From: Poseidonia sp.
GTDB taxonomy: Archaea; Thermoplasmatota; Poseidoniia; Poseidoniales; Poseidoniaceae
Reading direction: 5' to 3'
Length of the DNA stretch: 64,000 bases
Assembly (NCBI GenBank): GCA_040261535.1
Contig: JBDQNU010000002.1
Span: forward strand, 56,661-120,660
Position 1 is the stretch's first letter, and the number at the start of each line of letters is the position of its first letter. The position numbers and the translations under genes were made by a program. Shown here in pieces: positions 35,768 through 46,003 of this stretch. The notes under the pieces are model-generated. The model was not told the origin of the DNA. It saw only the letters and a program-made list of their open reading frames with translations, and ran no database searches.

Positions 35768-37516
35768 TCAAACGGGGTCCTCGATCAAACCAGCAAGAGT
35801 TGTCACGTCAAACTCGGCCCCGTTCAAGGGCACACGCAGGTCGTAGAGCACAGCGACGGCGGGATCAAGTTCTCCAAAGCAACCCACCCATGTTCCGTTG
35901 ACCAGAACCTTGGCGGCCCGGCCAGCGAGCCACGGCCCCTCTCCGTCCGGCAAGGCTTCCACCGACCAATCGGTCACGCCCAAGTCGGTGCAGAGGGCCT
36001 GGATTCGTCCACGAACCGCTGCAAACCCTCCCGCCCGCTCGGCGGTCAAGAACGCAAGACGTTCCGTGTTGGCGTGGTTGCGCACCACCGTTCCCAATTC
36101 GTACACCGATTGGGGCAGGTCGTGATGCCGATTCGCACCGAGGAGTCGAAGCAAACCTGGGAGAAGGTGTTGCCTCAAAACGGTGTGATCCACCGTGATG
36201 GGGTTGGTGATTTTTGTAACCGCGTGTTGAGGCTCCCAGCGCATGTTGGTGAACTGGTCCCGTTCGTTTGAGAGGGTGAGGGATTGGATTTGCATCATTC
36301 CCAGTCCTTGCATCGCGTCTCTCAAACGCCGGCGAAGGTGATGGTCAGGTCGGGCAGTGGCCGTAAATTGGGCTTTGGGGTGGTCCACCCCCAAGTCTTC
36401 GTAACCGTGGCCAATGGCCAATTCTTCGACGAGGTCCACGGGATGGAGAAGATCAAATCGCCATCGAGGCATGGTGAAAACAAGTTCGGAGGTTCCAGCG
36501 CTCGCAACCGCCATTTTTGTGCTCTTCTCGGGAGCGTCATCGTCAACGGGCTGGCGTCCTTCGAGCCGACCGCCCATACGATTGATGGCGCGGTGCAATT
36601 CCTCGTCGGTGAAACTTCGCCCAAGCAGGCTGGTAACCAACTCTTCGGGAACGAGATGGCGTTGGCCTTCGCCAACGGGCAGGGTTCGTTGCTCACCGGA
36701 GCACGTTGTGACGTCAACGGTCTGTACCGTCCCTCCCCGTTCCATCAGTTGGAGACAGATGAGCATCAAGGAGGATTCGCAAGCACGCTCGTCCCATCCG
36801 GTCACGTCGATGAAGAAATCACGCGTGGTGTGCGTCACGGTCGTGTGGTCCCCGTTGATGATGGGTGGGAAGGAGAGGACGTCGTCGTTGTCGTCCAAGA
36901 TCAGCGGATAAGCCTCGGCTCCCTCCAACAAATGTGCGTATTCCGTTCCTTTGGGGTGTTGTTCCAAAATTTGTTTGACCGTCATCGGCTTGTCGCAGGC
37001 GAGCGGGACAAAGGCAACGGTTTCAGGAACGGTGACAACGCGAAACGGAGGGCGAAGTTTGGCCAAGTCATGGACACCAATGGAGACCCGTCGTCGCCCT
37101 CGCCCGATGGCGAAATGCAATTTCTCCTGATGATCCATCAAGCCCTTGATGAAGAGGTCAAGTTCATCGGCATCCTCCGGCAAATCGACGCCTCGAACGA
37201 CGGCACAATGAACCACCGGGCGAACGGTGCTGAGGCTCGGATCCACACTGACGGTGATGCCGCTTGGAGTAGTGGGCATGTCGGGTTGGGCTGGTGCGTG
37301 GTGCAGGAACGGAGCCATGGCAAAGGCCAAGGTTTCGCCGCTCAACAAGTCTGGACGGTCGGGAAAAATTTCGATATCGAGGGTTTCCTCGGTGCATGCA
37401 TCAATGTCCGTTCCCAGCAACGGCAACTCTTCGTGTGTTTGGCTTACGTCGTGGGCGAGCCCACGCTTTTTCATCAACGAGCGGAGGAGCGATTGCGGGA
37501 TGGATATGGTGGGCAT
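35768..37516 (-). CDS. pheT: Phenylalanyl-tRNA synthetase beta subunit (archaeal type)
   Basis: MPTISIPQSLLRSLMKK... N-terminus and ~580 aa length fit the archaeal PheT architecture. ATG at 37516 avoids overlap with the upstream gene's stop at 37525. Confidence 0.9.
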   Translation of the reverse strand: MPTISIPQSLLRSLMKKRGLAHDVSQTHEELPLLGTDIDACTEETLDIEIFPDRPDLLSGETLAFAMAPFLHHAPAQPDMPTTPSGITVSVDPSLSTVRPVVHCAVVRGVDLPEDADELDLFIKGLMDHQEKLHFAIGRGRRRVSIGVHDLAKLRPPFRVVTVPETVAFVPLACDKPMTVKQILEQHPKGTEYAHLLEGAEAYPLILDDNDDVLSFPPIINGDHTTVTHTTRDFFIDVTGWDERACESSLMLICLQLMERGGTVQTVDVTTCSGEQRTLPVGEGQRHLVPEELVTSLLGRSFTDEELHRAINRMGGRLEGRQPVDDDAPEKSTKMAVASAGTSELVFTMPRWRFDLLHPVDLVEELAIGHGYEDLGVDHPKAQFTATARPDHHLRRRLRDAMQGLGMMQIQSLTLSNERDQFTNMRWEPQHAVTKITNPITVDHTVLRQHLLPGLLRLLGANRHHDLPQSVYELGTVVRNHANTERLAFLTAERAGGFAAVRGRIQALCTDLGVTDWSVEALPDGEGPWLAGRAAKVLVNGTWVGCFGELDPAVAVLYDLRVPLNGAEFDVTTLAGLIEDPV

Positions 37517-37524
37517 GTGTTCAC

Positions 37525-39117
37525 CTACCGTGCGAACCAATGGGGAAGAGGGCGGCCGTAGCCCGCCAGACGAAGGCCGCTGACGGCAGCCGTCTCCTGG
37601 TCAAGAGCTCTGAGGTGCTTTCGGTCCAACAAGTCAATGCTGCTCAGTCCGATACGGCGAAGGTGGTGCGCAAGGTCGTCTTGGGTTCCCTGAAGCCAGT
37701 ACGCGATGTCCTCGCCGTCCGCCATGGGTGCAACGCACGCAACGAGGTCAACGCCCGAGGCCATCAAAACAGCCAAGTCGTGACCGGATGCCGCAAAGCC
37801 CAGTAGGAAGCCTGCTTGCGTGGTGGTTCCTTGCAAATGTTCTTTCTTTGAGCGGCCCATCATGGGGAGAGCCGCTGCTTCGGAAAGTCCAGAACCGTCT
37901 TCGATTCGAGCCAGGGCAACATCGACGCCGTGGTAGGCGGCTCGTGCGTGCAAGGCTTGGATGCGGCTAATGCCTTGGATGAGAATGACCGGCACGTTGG
38001 TTGGAGCAATGGAGCGCAAGGCGACAAGCAATCCGTCAAGTTGCTCGGCGTTCATGGGCGGAAGTTCGTCGAGGTCAACGGCAAAGCCGCCGGCGTCGGG
38101 GAGCCAAGAAGCCACATCAAGGAGGTTGGATTGACCGATCAACATCACGTCGACGGCGCGTGGTTCAGCCTCGACAAGGGCAGGGTGGCGATTGAGAATT
38201 GAGGTCACGTCGGCGGGGGTGTTCCCGTCCGGCGACATGGTGCTTCCACTGACCACGTTGGCCAGGAGCGGGACCGGGAGTGCCAGGGACTTCACGTAGT
38301 CGCGAGTCCCAATCAAAGCCACCGTGTCAACGGTTTGGTAGGTCCTCAAGGGAGGATTTTCCTCGTTGATGAGGCCGATTTGAGAGAGGTCGCCCGAAGA
38401 CACCACGAACCCTCCGTGCTCGACATGGAGTTTTTCTTGGGCCATCAAACAGACCGCATCGGACGGGACATGCAAGGATTCGTCGTCCAGCATGGCGTTG
38501 ATTTCCTTCACTTCATCCGCTTCCAAGGGGCGGAGCATGGCACCGGGTGCAGGAGGTGGACAACGACCGTTGACAACGATGCGACCCCCGCTCATGCCTG
38601 CTCCGGGATCGGGCCCAACATCGCCGTGAACCACGATGAGCCCTCCTTCCATGCCACCACCAACGCGGGCTCCGCTTGCACCTCGGATGACCAAGATGCC
38701 GCCTCGCATGGCCGCACCGGCGTCGTCGCCGGTTCCGTCGAGGACCGTGATGCTGCCGTCGGCCATGCCGTAACCGGTAAAATGCCCAGCCATCTGTTCA
38801 CAGACCACGGTCGTCCCGAGATTGCCAGCGCCCAAGAACGACCCCGCATCGCCTTGAATCGTGAACGAACCGCCCTGTCCAAAGGCAGCAACCCACGACC
38901 CGAGAACGCCGAGTGCTCGAAGCCGAGCGCCTTCGGGGAGTGCGGGGCACAACCCCAACTCACCATTCTTTGGAACGGGGTCGCCTGCATTGGTCCAACC
39001 GATGCGGAGGATGGCGTTTTGTTCGGCTGCCGCCTTCAGGCGGGGGCCGAGTTTCTCGTTGATGTTCAACGACCTTGCGACCACCTCGTGGATATCCGCC
39101 ATGACCTTTGGTTTCAA
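37525..39117 (-). CDS. GXGXG-domain protein (glutamate synthase alpha C-terminal domain / FwdC-like) fused to a divergent C-terminal region
   Basis: N-terminal ~200 aa carry stacked repeats: GDAGSFLGAGNLG, GYGMADGSITVLDGTGDDAGAAMRGGILVIRGASGARVGGGMEGGLIVVHGDVGPDPGAGMSGGRIVVNG. The C-terminal ~300 aa only loosely resemble the FMN domain; I could not find the GGTGA-type motif. Confidence 0.6.
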   Translation of the reverse strand: MKPKVMADIHEVVARSLNINEKLGPRLKAAAEQNAILRIGWTNAGDPVPKNGELGLCPALPEGARLRALGVLGSWVAAFGQGGSFTIQGDAGSFLGAGNLGTTVVCEQMAGHFTGYGMADGSITVLDGTGDDAGAAMRGGILVIRGASGARVGGGMEGGLIVVHGDVGPDPGAGMSGGRIVVNGRCPPPAPGAMLRPLEADEVKEINAMLDDESLHVPSDAVCLMAQEKLHVEHGGFVVSSGDLSQIGLINEENPPLRTYQTVDTVALIGTRDYVKSLALPVPLLANVVSGSTMSPDGNTPADVTSILNRHPALVEAEPRAVDVMLIGQSNLLDVASWLPDAGGFAVDLDELPPMNAEQLDGLLVALRSIAPTNVPVILIQGISRIQALHARAAYHGVDVALARIEDGSGLSEAAALPMMGRSKKEHLQGTTTQAGFLLGFAASGHDLAVLMASGVDLVACVAPMADGEDIAYWLQGTQDDLAHHLRRIGLSSIDLLDRKHLRALDQETAAVSGLRLAGYGRPLPHWFAR

Positions 39118-39241
39118 CCATCACCCAAATAGCCTGCTATCCATCACTTCCCGTCGGTCGCTGTTTTCACATCGCTGCGGCCTTTGCAGAGGCGAAGAAG
39201 CCTTTATTGACGGGCTCAATGAGCAGAGCATGGAGAAGGTC

Positions 39242-40279
39242 ATGACCGTTAAAGTCGCCATCAACGGATACGGGACAATTGGAAAACGCGTTGCAGATGC
39301 TGTTGATGCGCAAGACGACATGGTCGTCATTGGCGTCACCAAAACACGCCCCTCGTTTGGCTGCGATTTGGCGGTTCGCAAAGGGTTTCCCCTGTATTGC
39401 ACCTTCAATGACGCCGACCGAATTGCTGCTTTTGGCGAGGCAGGCTACGAGTGTCACGGTGGCCTTAGCGATCTCCTCGCTGTTGCCGACGTGGTGGTGG
39501 ATTGTTCTCCCGGCAAGGTCGGTGCAGCGAACAAAGAAGCCTACCTCGCTGCCGGTGTGAAGTACATCTTCCAGGGTGGGGAAAAACACGCCATGGCGGG
39601 GATGTCCTACACCTCTTCGGCCAACCATCTCGAAAACCTCAACGCTACCGGAACCCGAGTGGTTTCCTGCAACACCACCGGACTTTCCCGCACCCTCGTC
39701 CCGCTGTACAATCTCTGCGGGAGTCTGAAGGTTGAATGCACGATGATTCGACGGGCTGCTGACCCGGGAGATTCTGCGAAAGGCCCGATCAACGCCATCA
39801 AACCCGTGCTCAAAGTCCCCTCGCATCACGGACCGGATGTGATGACCGTCAAACCGGAGATTCAAATTAATTCGATGGCGGTTGCCGTTCCAACGACCTT
39901 GATGCACTGCCATTCCATCGTTGCAACGCTTCCTGAAGGCCACGGCCTCACCACCGAATCGGTGATTGAGTTGTGGAAAAAGGAACCACGTATCATCATC
40001 ATGAACGGTGCCGAAACGGGCATTTCCACAACGGCGGAAGTGATGGAGTACGCCCGTGATATTGGCAGGAAGTGGGGCGATTTGCATGAAATCTTCGTTT
40101 GGGAAGACGGGGTGAAACTTGACGGCAACACCTTGTACTATTTCCAAGCCATCCACCAAGAATCCGATGTTATTCCTGAAAACGTGGATGCAATCCGCGC
40201 CTTGATGGGTACGGAAGATGACTGGCGTGCTTCGGTTGCAAAGACCGATGCCGCCATCTCTTCATACAACGGCTTGTGA
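39242..40279 (+). CDS. gap: Glyceraldehyde-3-phosphate dehydrogenase, archaeal type II
   Basis: MTVKVAINGYGTIGKRVADAV and catalytic VVSCNTTGL. Alternative ATG at 39230. The track ORF starts at 38861 inside the convergent gene. Confidence 0.9.
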   Translation: MTVKVAINGYGTIGKRVADAVDAQDDMVVIGVTKTRPSFGCDLAVRKGFPLYCTFNDADRIAAFGEAGYECHGGLSDLLAVADVVVDCSPGKVGAANKEAYLAAGVKYIFQGGEKHAMAGMSYTSSANHLENLNATGTRVVSCNTTGLSRTLVPLYNLCGSLKVECTMIRRAADPGDSAKGPINAIKPVLKVPSHHGPDVMTVKPEIQINSMAVAVPTTLMHCHSIVATLPEGHGLTTESVIELWKKEPRIIIMNGAETGISTTAEVMEYARDIGRKWGDLHEIFVWEDGVKLDGNTLYYFQAIHQESDVIPENVDAIRALMGTEDDWRASVAKTDAAISSYNGL

Positions 40280-40346
40280 CGCTTCAGTGAGCGGATTCAG
40301 CACACGCAAGAGGTTGATTCAAAAGACGAGCGGGAGTCCGAGAGCC

Positions 40347-43300
40347 ATGAAATCCAGAGCATGGCTCGTTGTCGTCCTCTTTCTGTTGGTTTCAACCCCT
40401 CTTACCGGTGCAGTTGAACCGGTTGCATCGAAGGATTTCATCAGCGCATCCGACGAGGTCAACGCACCCGCTATTGAGCCTTTGACGGAGGCCCAACGGC
40501 TCGTCATCGCCAAAGAACACTGGTCACCGATGCCAGCAGCAACGATGTTCGAGTCGTCGCTTAAACCCTCATCGGGTCTTGTCCACCAAGCAGCAGGTTC
40601 GTTCGATCCCTTGCTCTCGATAGGTCCGACCCTGCCAGGCGAACTCACCAGAGCGGAAGACATGGCGCACACCGGCCTTGTCATCGTCCAATTGAACACG
40701 CCGAACGGCGACCTCATGCAATCCATCGCAGAGGACCTCGGCTTGACCGTGCTCGACGCTTCCGGTGACGAGGCTTGGCTGCTTCGACTTCCGGAAAGTC
40801 CGGATGCCGCCGTTGCCGGACTCGGCTCAAGTGAACACGTTCGCTGGTTCGGCTCTCAACAACCCGGTTGGCGATTGGCTTCATCCCTCGTCGTCAATCC
40901 AGCCTCCTCGCCCACCGTTCATTTGGTGCCGGCATCGGATCTGGCATTGGGCGGCTACGGCGTTCTTGCAACGGATTTGGTGCGGTACGGGGCATCCGAA
41001 GTTGCTTGCGATGCTTGGTCGTGCACCGCTTCGGTGAACCCAGAAATCGCTCAGATCTTCGTCCAAAACATCGCCCATGATGGACGAATTCTCTGGACAG
41101 AACCCGGACATGAACTTCGGGTGCACAACGCCTTGGCCTACGCTGTTTCGGGAATCCAAAACACCGCGAACAACGCCACGTTCACCCTTGACGGCTCCGG
41201 TGAGATGGTCGCCATCGCCGACACCGGTCTTGACAGCAACCACCCCGACCTTTCCGGTCGAGTGGCTGCTACCTACACCCAGTTTGGCCTTGACCCCTCA
41301 CCCGCTGACTCAAACGGTGGCCACGGCACCCACATCGCCATCACGGTCTTGGGCAACGGCTCCGGTGACGCCGCAGCTCGAGGCATGGCGCCCTCGGCAA
41401 CGCTGGTCATGTATGCGCTTGAACACGACCCCACCGGGACCTTCGGACGAATTGGTTCAATCTACGACATGCTTCGGGATGCAGAACAAATGACGGCCCG
41501 TATTTCGGTCAATGCTTGGGGATTGAACGGGAATTACGGGCAATACACCGCCGATGCACGTTCCGTCGACACCTTCGTCCACGACCGTAAGGATTTGACA
41601 CCCATCTTCTCCGTGGGCGACCGAGGTGGGTCCGGTGCCTCCCAAGTCACCTCCCCGGCGACAGCAAAGAACGTCATCGCTGTGGGTGCATCAACCACCG
41701 GGGCAAGCGGAACCCCCGGAGCAGGGGCCGTCGCGAACTTCTCATCGCTCGGTCCGAGTTTGGACGGTCGTGTGAAACCCGATGTGGTGGCTCCCGGTGT
41801 CGGCATTTGCTCCGGACTCGCCGAAGAGGCTCGCAATCCAGCGGGTTCGAATTGCCTCTCCGGGTCTCACGCAAGCGGGAATGCCTACTACATGTCGTTG
41901 AGCGGCACATCGCAAGCAACGGCCGTTGCATCAGGTGTCGCTGCGTTGACCCGAGAATTCATCCGGGAACAAGCCATGGTATCCTCGCCTTCCAGCGCTC
42001 TGGTCAAGGGCGCCCTCATCAACGGGGCAACCGATCTGGGCGACCCCGACATTCCCAACGCCGCTGAAGGCTGGGGTCAAGTGAATCTCGAACGGACCGT
42101 GCTTCCGATGGACGGCTCCACGCCCCTGGACACCTTCTTCGACGACAAAAAATCCCTTGAGCCAGGCTTTGGGTTGTTGTATTCATTCGACCTGAACCCG
42201 AGTCACGGTCTTGACTTGACGTTGACGTGGACGGACCTCGCAGGGAGCGCCAACGCAGCTCAATCCGAGAGCCGCCTCGTCAACGACCTCGATTTGGTCC
42301 TCGTCAGTCCGGACGGCACGGAATGGCTCGGGAACAACTTCGTTTCCGGGTTTTCAATATCGGGAGGCGTGGCCGACGATGTCAACAACGTTGAACGGAT
42401 ACGCATCGCACCGGGGACGTTGCCCTCCACCACCGAAAGTTGGATTGTTAAGGTGCTCCATCGAAGCGGGTCGACGCAAGATTTTGCCCTGGTCATGACC
42501 GCCTTGGCCACGCCCACGCCTCGAGCCGACCTCGTGGTCTTTGACGGAAGCATTCTGACCTCTTCAGCGAACCCGCTCAAAGACGATTTGATTTCCATTC
42601 GAATCGCTTGGGCCAACCAAGGAACAAGCCAAGCCCCTGCCTTTTCGGTCAAATTGGAGGACCTCACCACCCAGACCACCTTGGCGACCGCGACACGGCC
42701 CAGTCTTGGTCCGGGCATGATCGACTCAACGACCATCTTCCATCAGTTCACGACCACGGGGATTCACCAACTGCGTTTATCCATCGACACCAACAACACC
42801 GTCGTGGAGATGAACGATGCCGTTAACGGTGTTGACAACAACGTCTTGGTACAGGATGTCGAGGTCAAGGCCTTGGGCGTTCGCGTGGTGGTTGAGAATG
42901 CGGACGGCAGCATCCCCACCTCGCCTGAGGACCGAGCGAACAACGCCAACATGGTGCTTGACGTTCGCAACGACTCCGGCATTGATATTCCGCTGTCCAT
43001 CCTGCACGAAGGTACGGGCAACCAATCGGTGAAACTCTCGGTGACCACGGTTCAAATCCCTGCTCCCGGGCGTGATGATTTCTTCCTCCCAAGTGCTGAC
43101 CAGTGGACCCGAACGTTCAGCGAATCATCGACGTTCATGCTCACGGCCCAAGGGACGTCAACCGCGAACAATTCCCTCAACCTCCGCCTCGAGGACATTG
43201 ATGCGGACTTGACGGGCGACCCCTCAAACCCTCGCTATGTTCGTTCCGGAACATACGTGGTGGATGTCACGGCGAGATACGAAATGCAACCCACCGTCGC

Positions 43301-45332
43301 CCACACACAACGGATTTTTATCGAGGTTGAACAACTTGACCAAGTTCAAGTCGTCGCAGCCGGAACAATCGGGCTTGAAGCGGCTCCTGGGGGCTCCAGC
43401 TTCTTTTCCATCTCCGTGCGCAACACCGGCAATGCACCTGCACAATACAGCATGGAATGTCTTTCAGAGAACCGCTGGCAGGTCATGTTGGGTTCATCCA
43501 ATTCGTCACAGTTGGATTTTGAAGCCTTGAACATCCTTGAATACCTCCCGATGTCCATCCGCGTGATTGTCCCGGAAGTTGCCAACGGGTTGCCTGCTGC
43601 TGGTGATACGGACCAAGTGACCTGTTACGTGACCTCTGCGACCGACCCGAGCATGAATTTCACGGAAACCGTGACCATTGCGGTTCTTGCACAAGAGTCG
43701 TTTGACGTGCACTTGATGGACGACGATGGCAGGGTAGGACCCAACCAGCTTTCACCCGACCTTGCGGTCGATAGCGGGCAACAAGTTCACATGAACCTCA
43801 GCATCGAAAACACCGGGAACATCATGGTCGAACTGGACATTTCGGTCCTTCCCAACAACCCACAATGGGCGATACAAGTCAGCTACGATGATGTGAGCGA
43901 CACCCGTCGCCTCTCCCTCTCTCTCGGCCCTGGTGACGAGGCCGTTGTTCACTTTATTTTCGCCGTGCCGCTAACGGCAGAGGAAGGAGACTCCAACTCC
44001 TTCACCATCCGCACGGAACGATCCCTGTCGAACTTCCGGCAAAACATCACTCGTTTGGTGGTGAAGGACGAGTTGGGCGTTCAACTCACGGCCCCTGAGA
44101 GCATGCGCATCGATGCGGTCATTTCCGACCTGTTCACCTACGGTGAATTTGTGGTCAAGAACACCGGCAACACCAATTTGGGTCTGAACTGGACACACGG
44201 GCTGGCTCCCGATGGTTGGCGTGTTGGGTTTGCCAATCCCACCGTGTATCTTGAACCGCGGGAAGAGAAGGTCGTCCGATTCGGTTTGGTCCCTCCTGCA
44301 GGCACCCCCGCAACCCAAGAGGCGTTCGAACTGCTGGTGATGGTCAACGCCACCAACAACGGACGTTTCGTGGAGGCCTCTCAAACCGTGACCGTCGGCG
44401 TGTTGGATTCGATGTTTGGCAACATCACTTCGCCGTTGACTGGGAAGGAATTGCTTGGTATCTCTCGGGATGAAGGGCGAACGTCCTCCTTCGTGGTGCG
44501 TAACGACGGCAACGTGCCTCTGTCAGCCGACCTCACCGCTTTACTTCTCGATGATGAAATGGTCCAAAAGCAGGATTGGACGATTCGGGTGGAACCCGAT
44601 GTTGTCGCTAACCTCGACGTTGGCGAAAGCGTGACGGTTGAGGTGACCCTCAAGCCGAAGGAAAACGTTGCGCGCGGCATTTCAAACCTCTACCTTAACC
44701 TCACCAATAACGATGGTCTCCTTGGCCAACTCACGCTCGAGGTCAGCGCATCGACCGCCACGGGTTCATCGGGTCTTTTCAGCATCTTGCCTCCCGCAGT
44801 GAGCATTGGTTTGGTGACCGTCTTGCTTGCCGGTGCCGTGGTCTTGGCTCGGCGCATGAAGAAGGGCGGTGAATTGGTTGACAACAGCACCGATCTCGTT
44901 GCACCCGACACCCACGGAGACCCCGACACGCTTGGCCTCCGAAGAGGAGAAGCTTTGGACCTTGGTACGGCCGTTGACGAACTCACCAGCGGCGAAGTGA
45001 GCGATGAGGAAATTGCCCAAGCCATCATGCAATCGATTGATTTGCCCGTCGTCCCTGCAGCCGTGCCCTCGGGTCTGCCGCCCTCGGGCATGCCTCCAAG
45101 AGCAGCCCCTCCAGCAGCGCTTCCTCCCGCAGGGATGCCACCCGCTGGCTTGCCTCCCTCGGCCTCGAAAGCCCTACCGCCGCTCCCCCAACCCACCGCT
45201 GTTCAGCCGGTAGCCCGCTCCGTACAACTCCCCCAAGCACCTCCGCTACCGCCCACCGGTCTTCCCGCAGGTTGGACCATGGAACAGTGGCAGCACTACG
45301 GTCACGAATGGCTGGCCCGGCAAAACCAATGA
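40347..45332 (+). CDS. Giant membrane-anchored subtilisin-like serine protease (S8) with a long Ig-like stalk, TM and Pro-rich tail
   Basis: Signal MKSRAWLVVVLFLLVSTPLTGAVEP (ATG 40347). Catalytic triad motifs AIADTGLDSNHPD, HGTHIAITVLG and SGTSQATAVASGVAAL. More than 900 aa of x-N-x-G-N modules (VRNTGNAPAQ, IENTGNIMVE, VKNTGNTNLG, VRNDGNVPLS). TM VSIGLVTVLLAGAVVLARR. The tail ends PPLPPTGLPAGWTMEQWQHYGHEWLARQNQ. Confidence 0.9.
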   Translation: MKSRAWLVVVLFLLVSTPLTGAVEPVASKDFISASDEVNAPAIEPLTEAQRLVIAKEHWSPMPAATMFESSLKPSSGLVHQAAGSFDPLLSIGPTLPGELTRAEDMAHTGLVIVQLNTPNGDLMQSIAEDLGLTVLDASGDEAWLLRLPESPDAAVAGLGSSEHVRWFGSQQPGWRLASSLVVNPASSPTVHLVPASDLALGGYGVLATDLVRYGASEVACDAWSCTASVNPEIAQIFVQNIAHDGRILWTEPGHELRVHNALAYAVSGIQNTANNATFTLDGSGEMVAIADTGLDSNHPDLSGRVAATYTQFGLDPSPADSNGGHGTHIAITVLGNGSGDAAARGMAPSATLVMYALEHDPTGTFGRIGSIYDMLRDAEQMTARISVNAWGLNGNYGQYTADARSVDTFVHDRKDLTPIFSVGDRGGSGASQVTSPATAKNVIAVGASTTGASGTPGAGAVANFSSLGPSLDGRVKPDVVAPGVGICSGLAEEARNPAGSNCLSGSHASGNAYYMSLSGTSQATAVASGVAALTREFIREQAMVSSPSSALVKGALINGATDLGDPDIPNAAEGWGQVNLERTVLPMDGSTPLDTFFDDKKSLEPGFGLLYSFDLNPSHGLDLTLTWTDLAGSANAAQSESRLVNDLDLVLVSPDGTEWLGNNFVSGFSISGGVADDVNNVERIRIAPGTLPSTTESWIVKVLHRSGSTQDFALVMTALATPTPRADLVVFDGSILTSSANPLKDDLISIRIAWANQGTSQAPAFSVKLEDLTTQTTLATATRPSLGPGMIDSTTIFHQFTTTGIHQLRLSIDTNNTVVEMNDAVNGVDNNVLVQDVEVKALGVRVVVENADGSIPTSPEDRANNANMVLDVRNDSGIDIPLSILHEGTGNQSVKLSVTTVQIPAPGRDDFFLPSADQWTRTFSESSTFMLTAQGTSTANNSLNLRLEDIDADLTGDPSNPRYVRSGTYVVDVTARYEMQPTVAHTQRIFIEVEQLDQVQVVAAGTIGLEAAPGGSSFFSISVRNTGNAPAQYSMECLSENRWQVMLGSSNSSQLDFEALNILEYLPMSIRVIVPEVANGLPAAGDTDQVTCYVTSATDPSMNFTETVTIAVLAQESFDVHLMDDDGRVGPNQLSPDLAVDSGQQVHMNLSIENTGNIMVELDISVLPNNPQWAIQVSYDDVSDTRRLSLSLGPGDEAVVHFIFAVPLTAEEGDSNSFTIRTERSLSNFRQNITRLVVKDELGVQLTAPESMRIDAVISDLFTYGEFVVKNTGNTNLGLNWTHGLAPDGWRVGFANPTVYLEPREEKVVRFGLVPPAGTPATQEAFELLVMVNATNNGRFVEASQTVTVGVLDSMFGNITSPLTGKELLGISRDEGRTSSFVVRNDGNVPLSADLTALLLDDEMVQKQDWTIRVEPDVVANLDVGESVTVEVTLKPKENVARGISNLYLNLTNNDGLLGQLTLEVSASTATGSSGLFSILPPAVSIGLVTVLLAGAVVLARRMKKGGELVDNSTDLVAPDTHGDPDTLGLRRGEALDLGTAVDELTSGEVSDEEIAQAIMQSIDLPVVPAAVPSGLPPSGMPPRAAPPAALPPAGMPPAGLPPSASKALPPLPQPTAVQPVARSVQLPQAPPLPPTGLPAGWTMEQWQHYGHEWLARQNQ

Positions 45333-45366
45333 TGAAGGTTGAAAGGGAGGACACTCTCCCGAACCT

Positions 45367-45993
45367 ATGGGCAGCATCGTCTTGTTCGGTCCTCCAGGTG
45401 CTGGCAAAGGCACGCAGGCACAACGCATCATGGAACACACCGGCCTTCCCCAAGTCTCCACGGGCGACATGCTTCGTGCCGCCGTAAAAGCTGGCACGCA
45501 AGTGGGCATGGAAGCCAAGCGCTTCATGGACGAAGGCGCTTTGGTGCCTGACGAAGTGATTCTTGCGCTCATCAAGCAGCGCATTCAGGAACCGGATGCG
45601 GTTGATGGCGTGATGTTTGATGGTTTTCCACGCACGGTGCCACAAGCAGAAGCCCTGAGCGAACTCGCTGATATCAGCCATGTCCTCGCCATTGAAGTTC
45701 CGGATGAGCGAATCGTTGAGCGTATTTGTGGCCGGGTTACCTGCGGCAGCTGCGGTTCGGTCTTTCACGACACGTTCAATCCGGTACCTGCCAACGGATG
45801 CAGTTGCGGGAATTTTGAGGAGAAGCGACGTGTGGACGATAACGAAGACACGGTGCTGAATCGCCTCGATGCCTACCATCGTCAAACCTCCCCTCTGGCG
45901 GCATGGTATTTGGAGCGGGGCCTTTTCCACCGCGTTGATGGTGACCGAGACATCGCTGCCATCACGGCGGATTTGCTGACCCTTTTGGAGTGA
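45367..45993 (+). CDS. adk: Adenylate kinase (bacterial-type, Cys-containing lid)
   Basis: MGSIVLFGPPGAGKGTQAQRI...STGDMLRAAV. The lid has CGRVTCGSCG...CSCG. Confidence 0.95.
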   Translation: MGSIVLFGPPGAGKGTQAQRIMEHTGLPQVSTGDMLRAAVKAGTQVGMEAKRFMDEGALVPDEVILALIKQRIQEPDAVDGVMFDGFPRTVPQAEALSELADISHVLAIEVPDERIVERICGRVTCGSCGSVFHDTFNPVPANGCSCGNFEEKRRVDDNEDTVLNRLDAYHRQTSPLAAWYLERGLFHRVDGDRDIAAITADLLTLLE

Positions 45994-46003
45994 GGCGGAC
46001 ACC

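Noticed and set aside
36284-37561. 425-aa plus-strand ORF
   Set aside because: Antisense to pheT. No motifs recognised; GC-driven.
38335-40159. 265-aa ORF antisense to the GXGXG gene, the 38861-39241 extension of the gap ORF, and a 330-aa ORF antisense to gap
   Set aside because: The true frames are fixed by the GXGXG repeats and by NGYGTIGKR/SCNTTG of GAPDH.
40218-40346. Upstream extension of the subtilase ORF overlapping the gap 3' end
   Set aside because: The signal peptide starts at ATG 40347, and the extension has no signal-like features.
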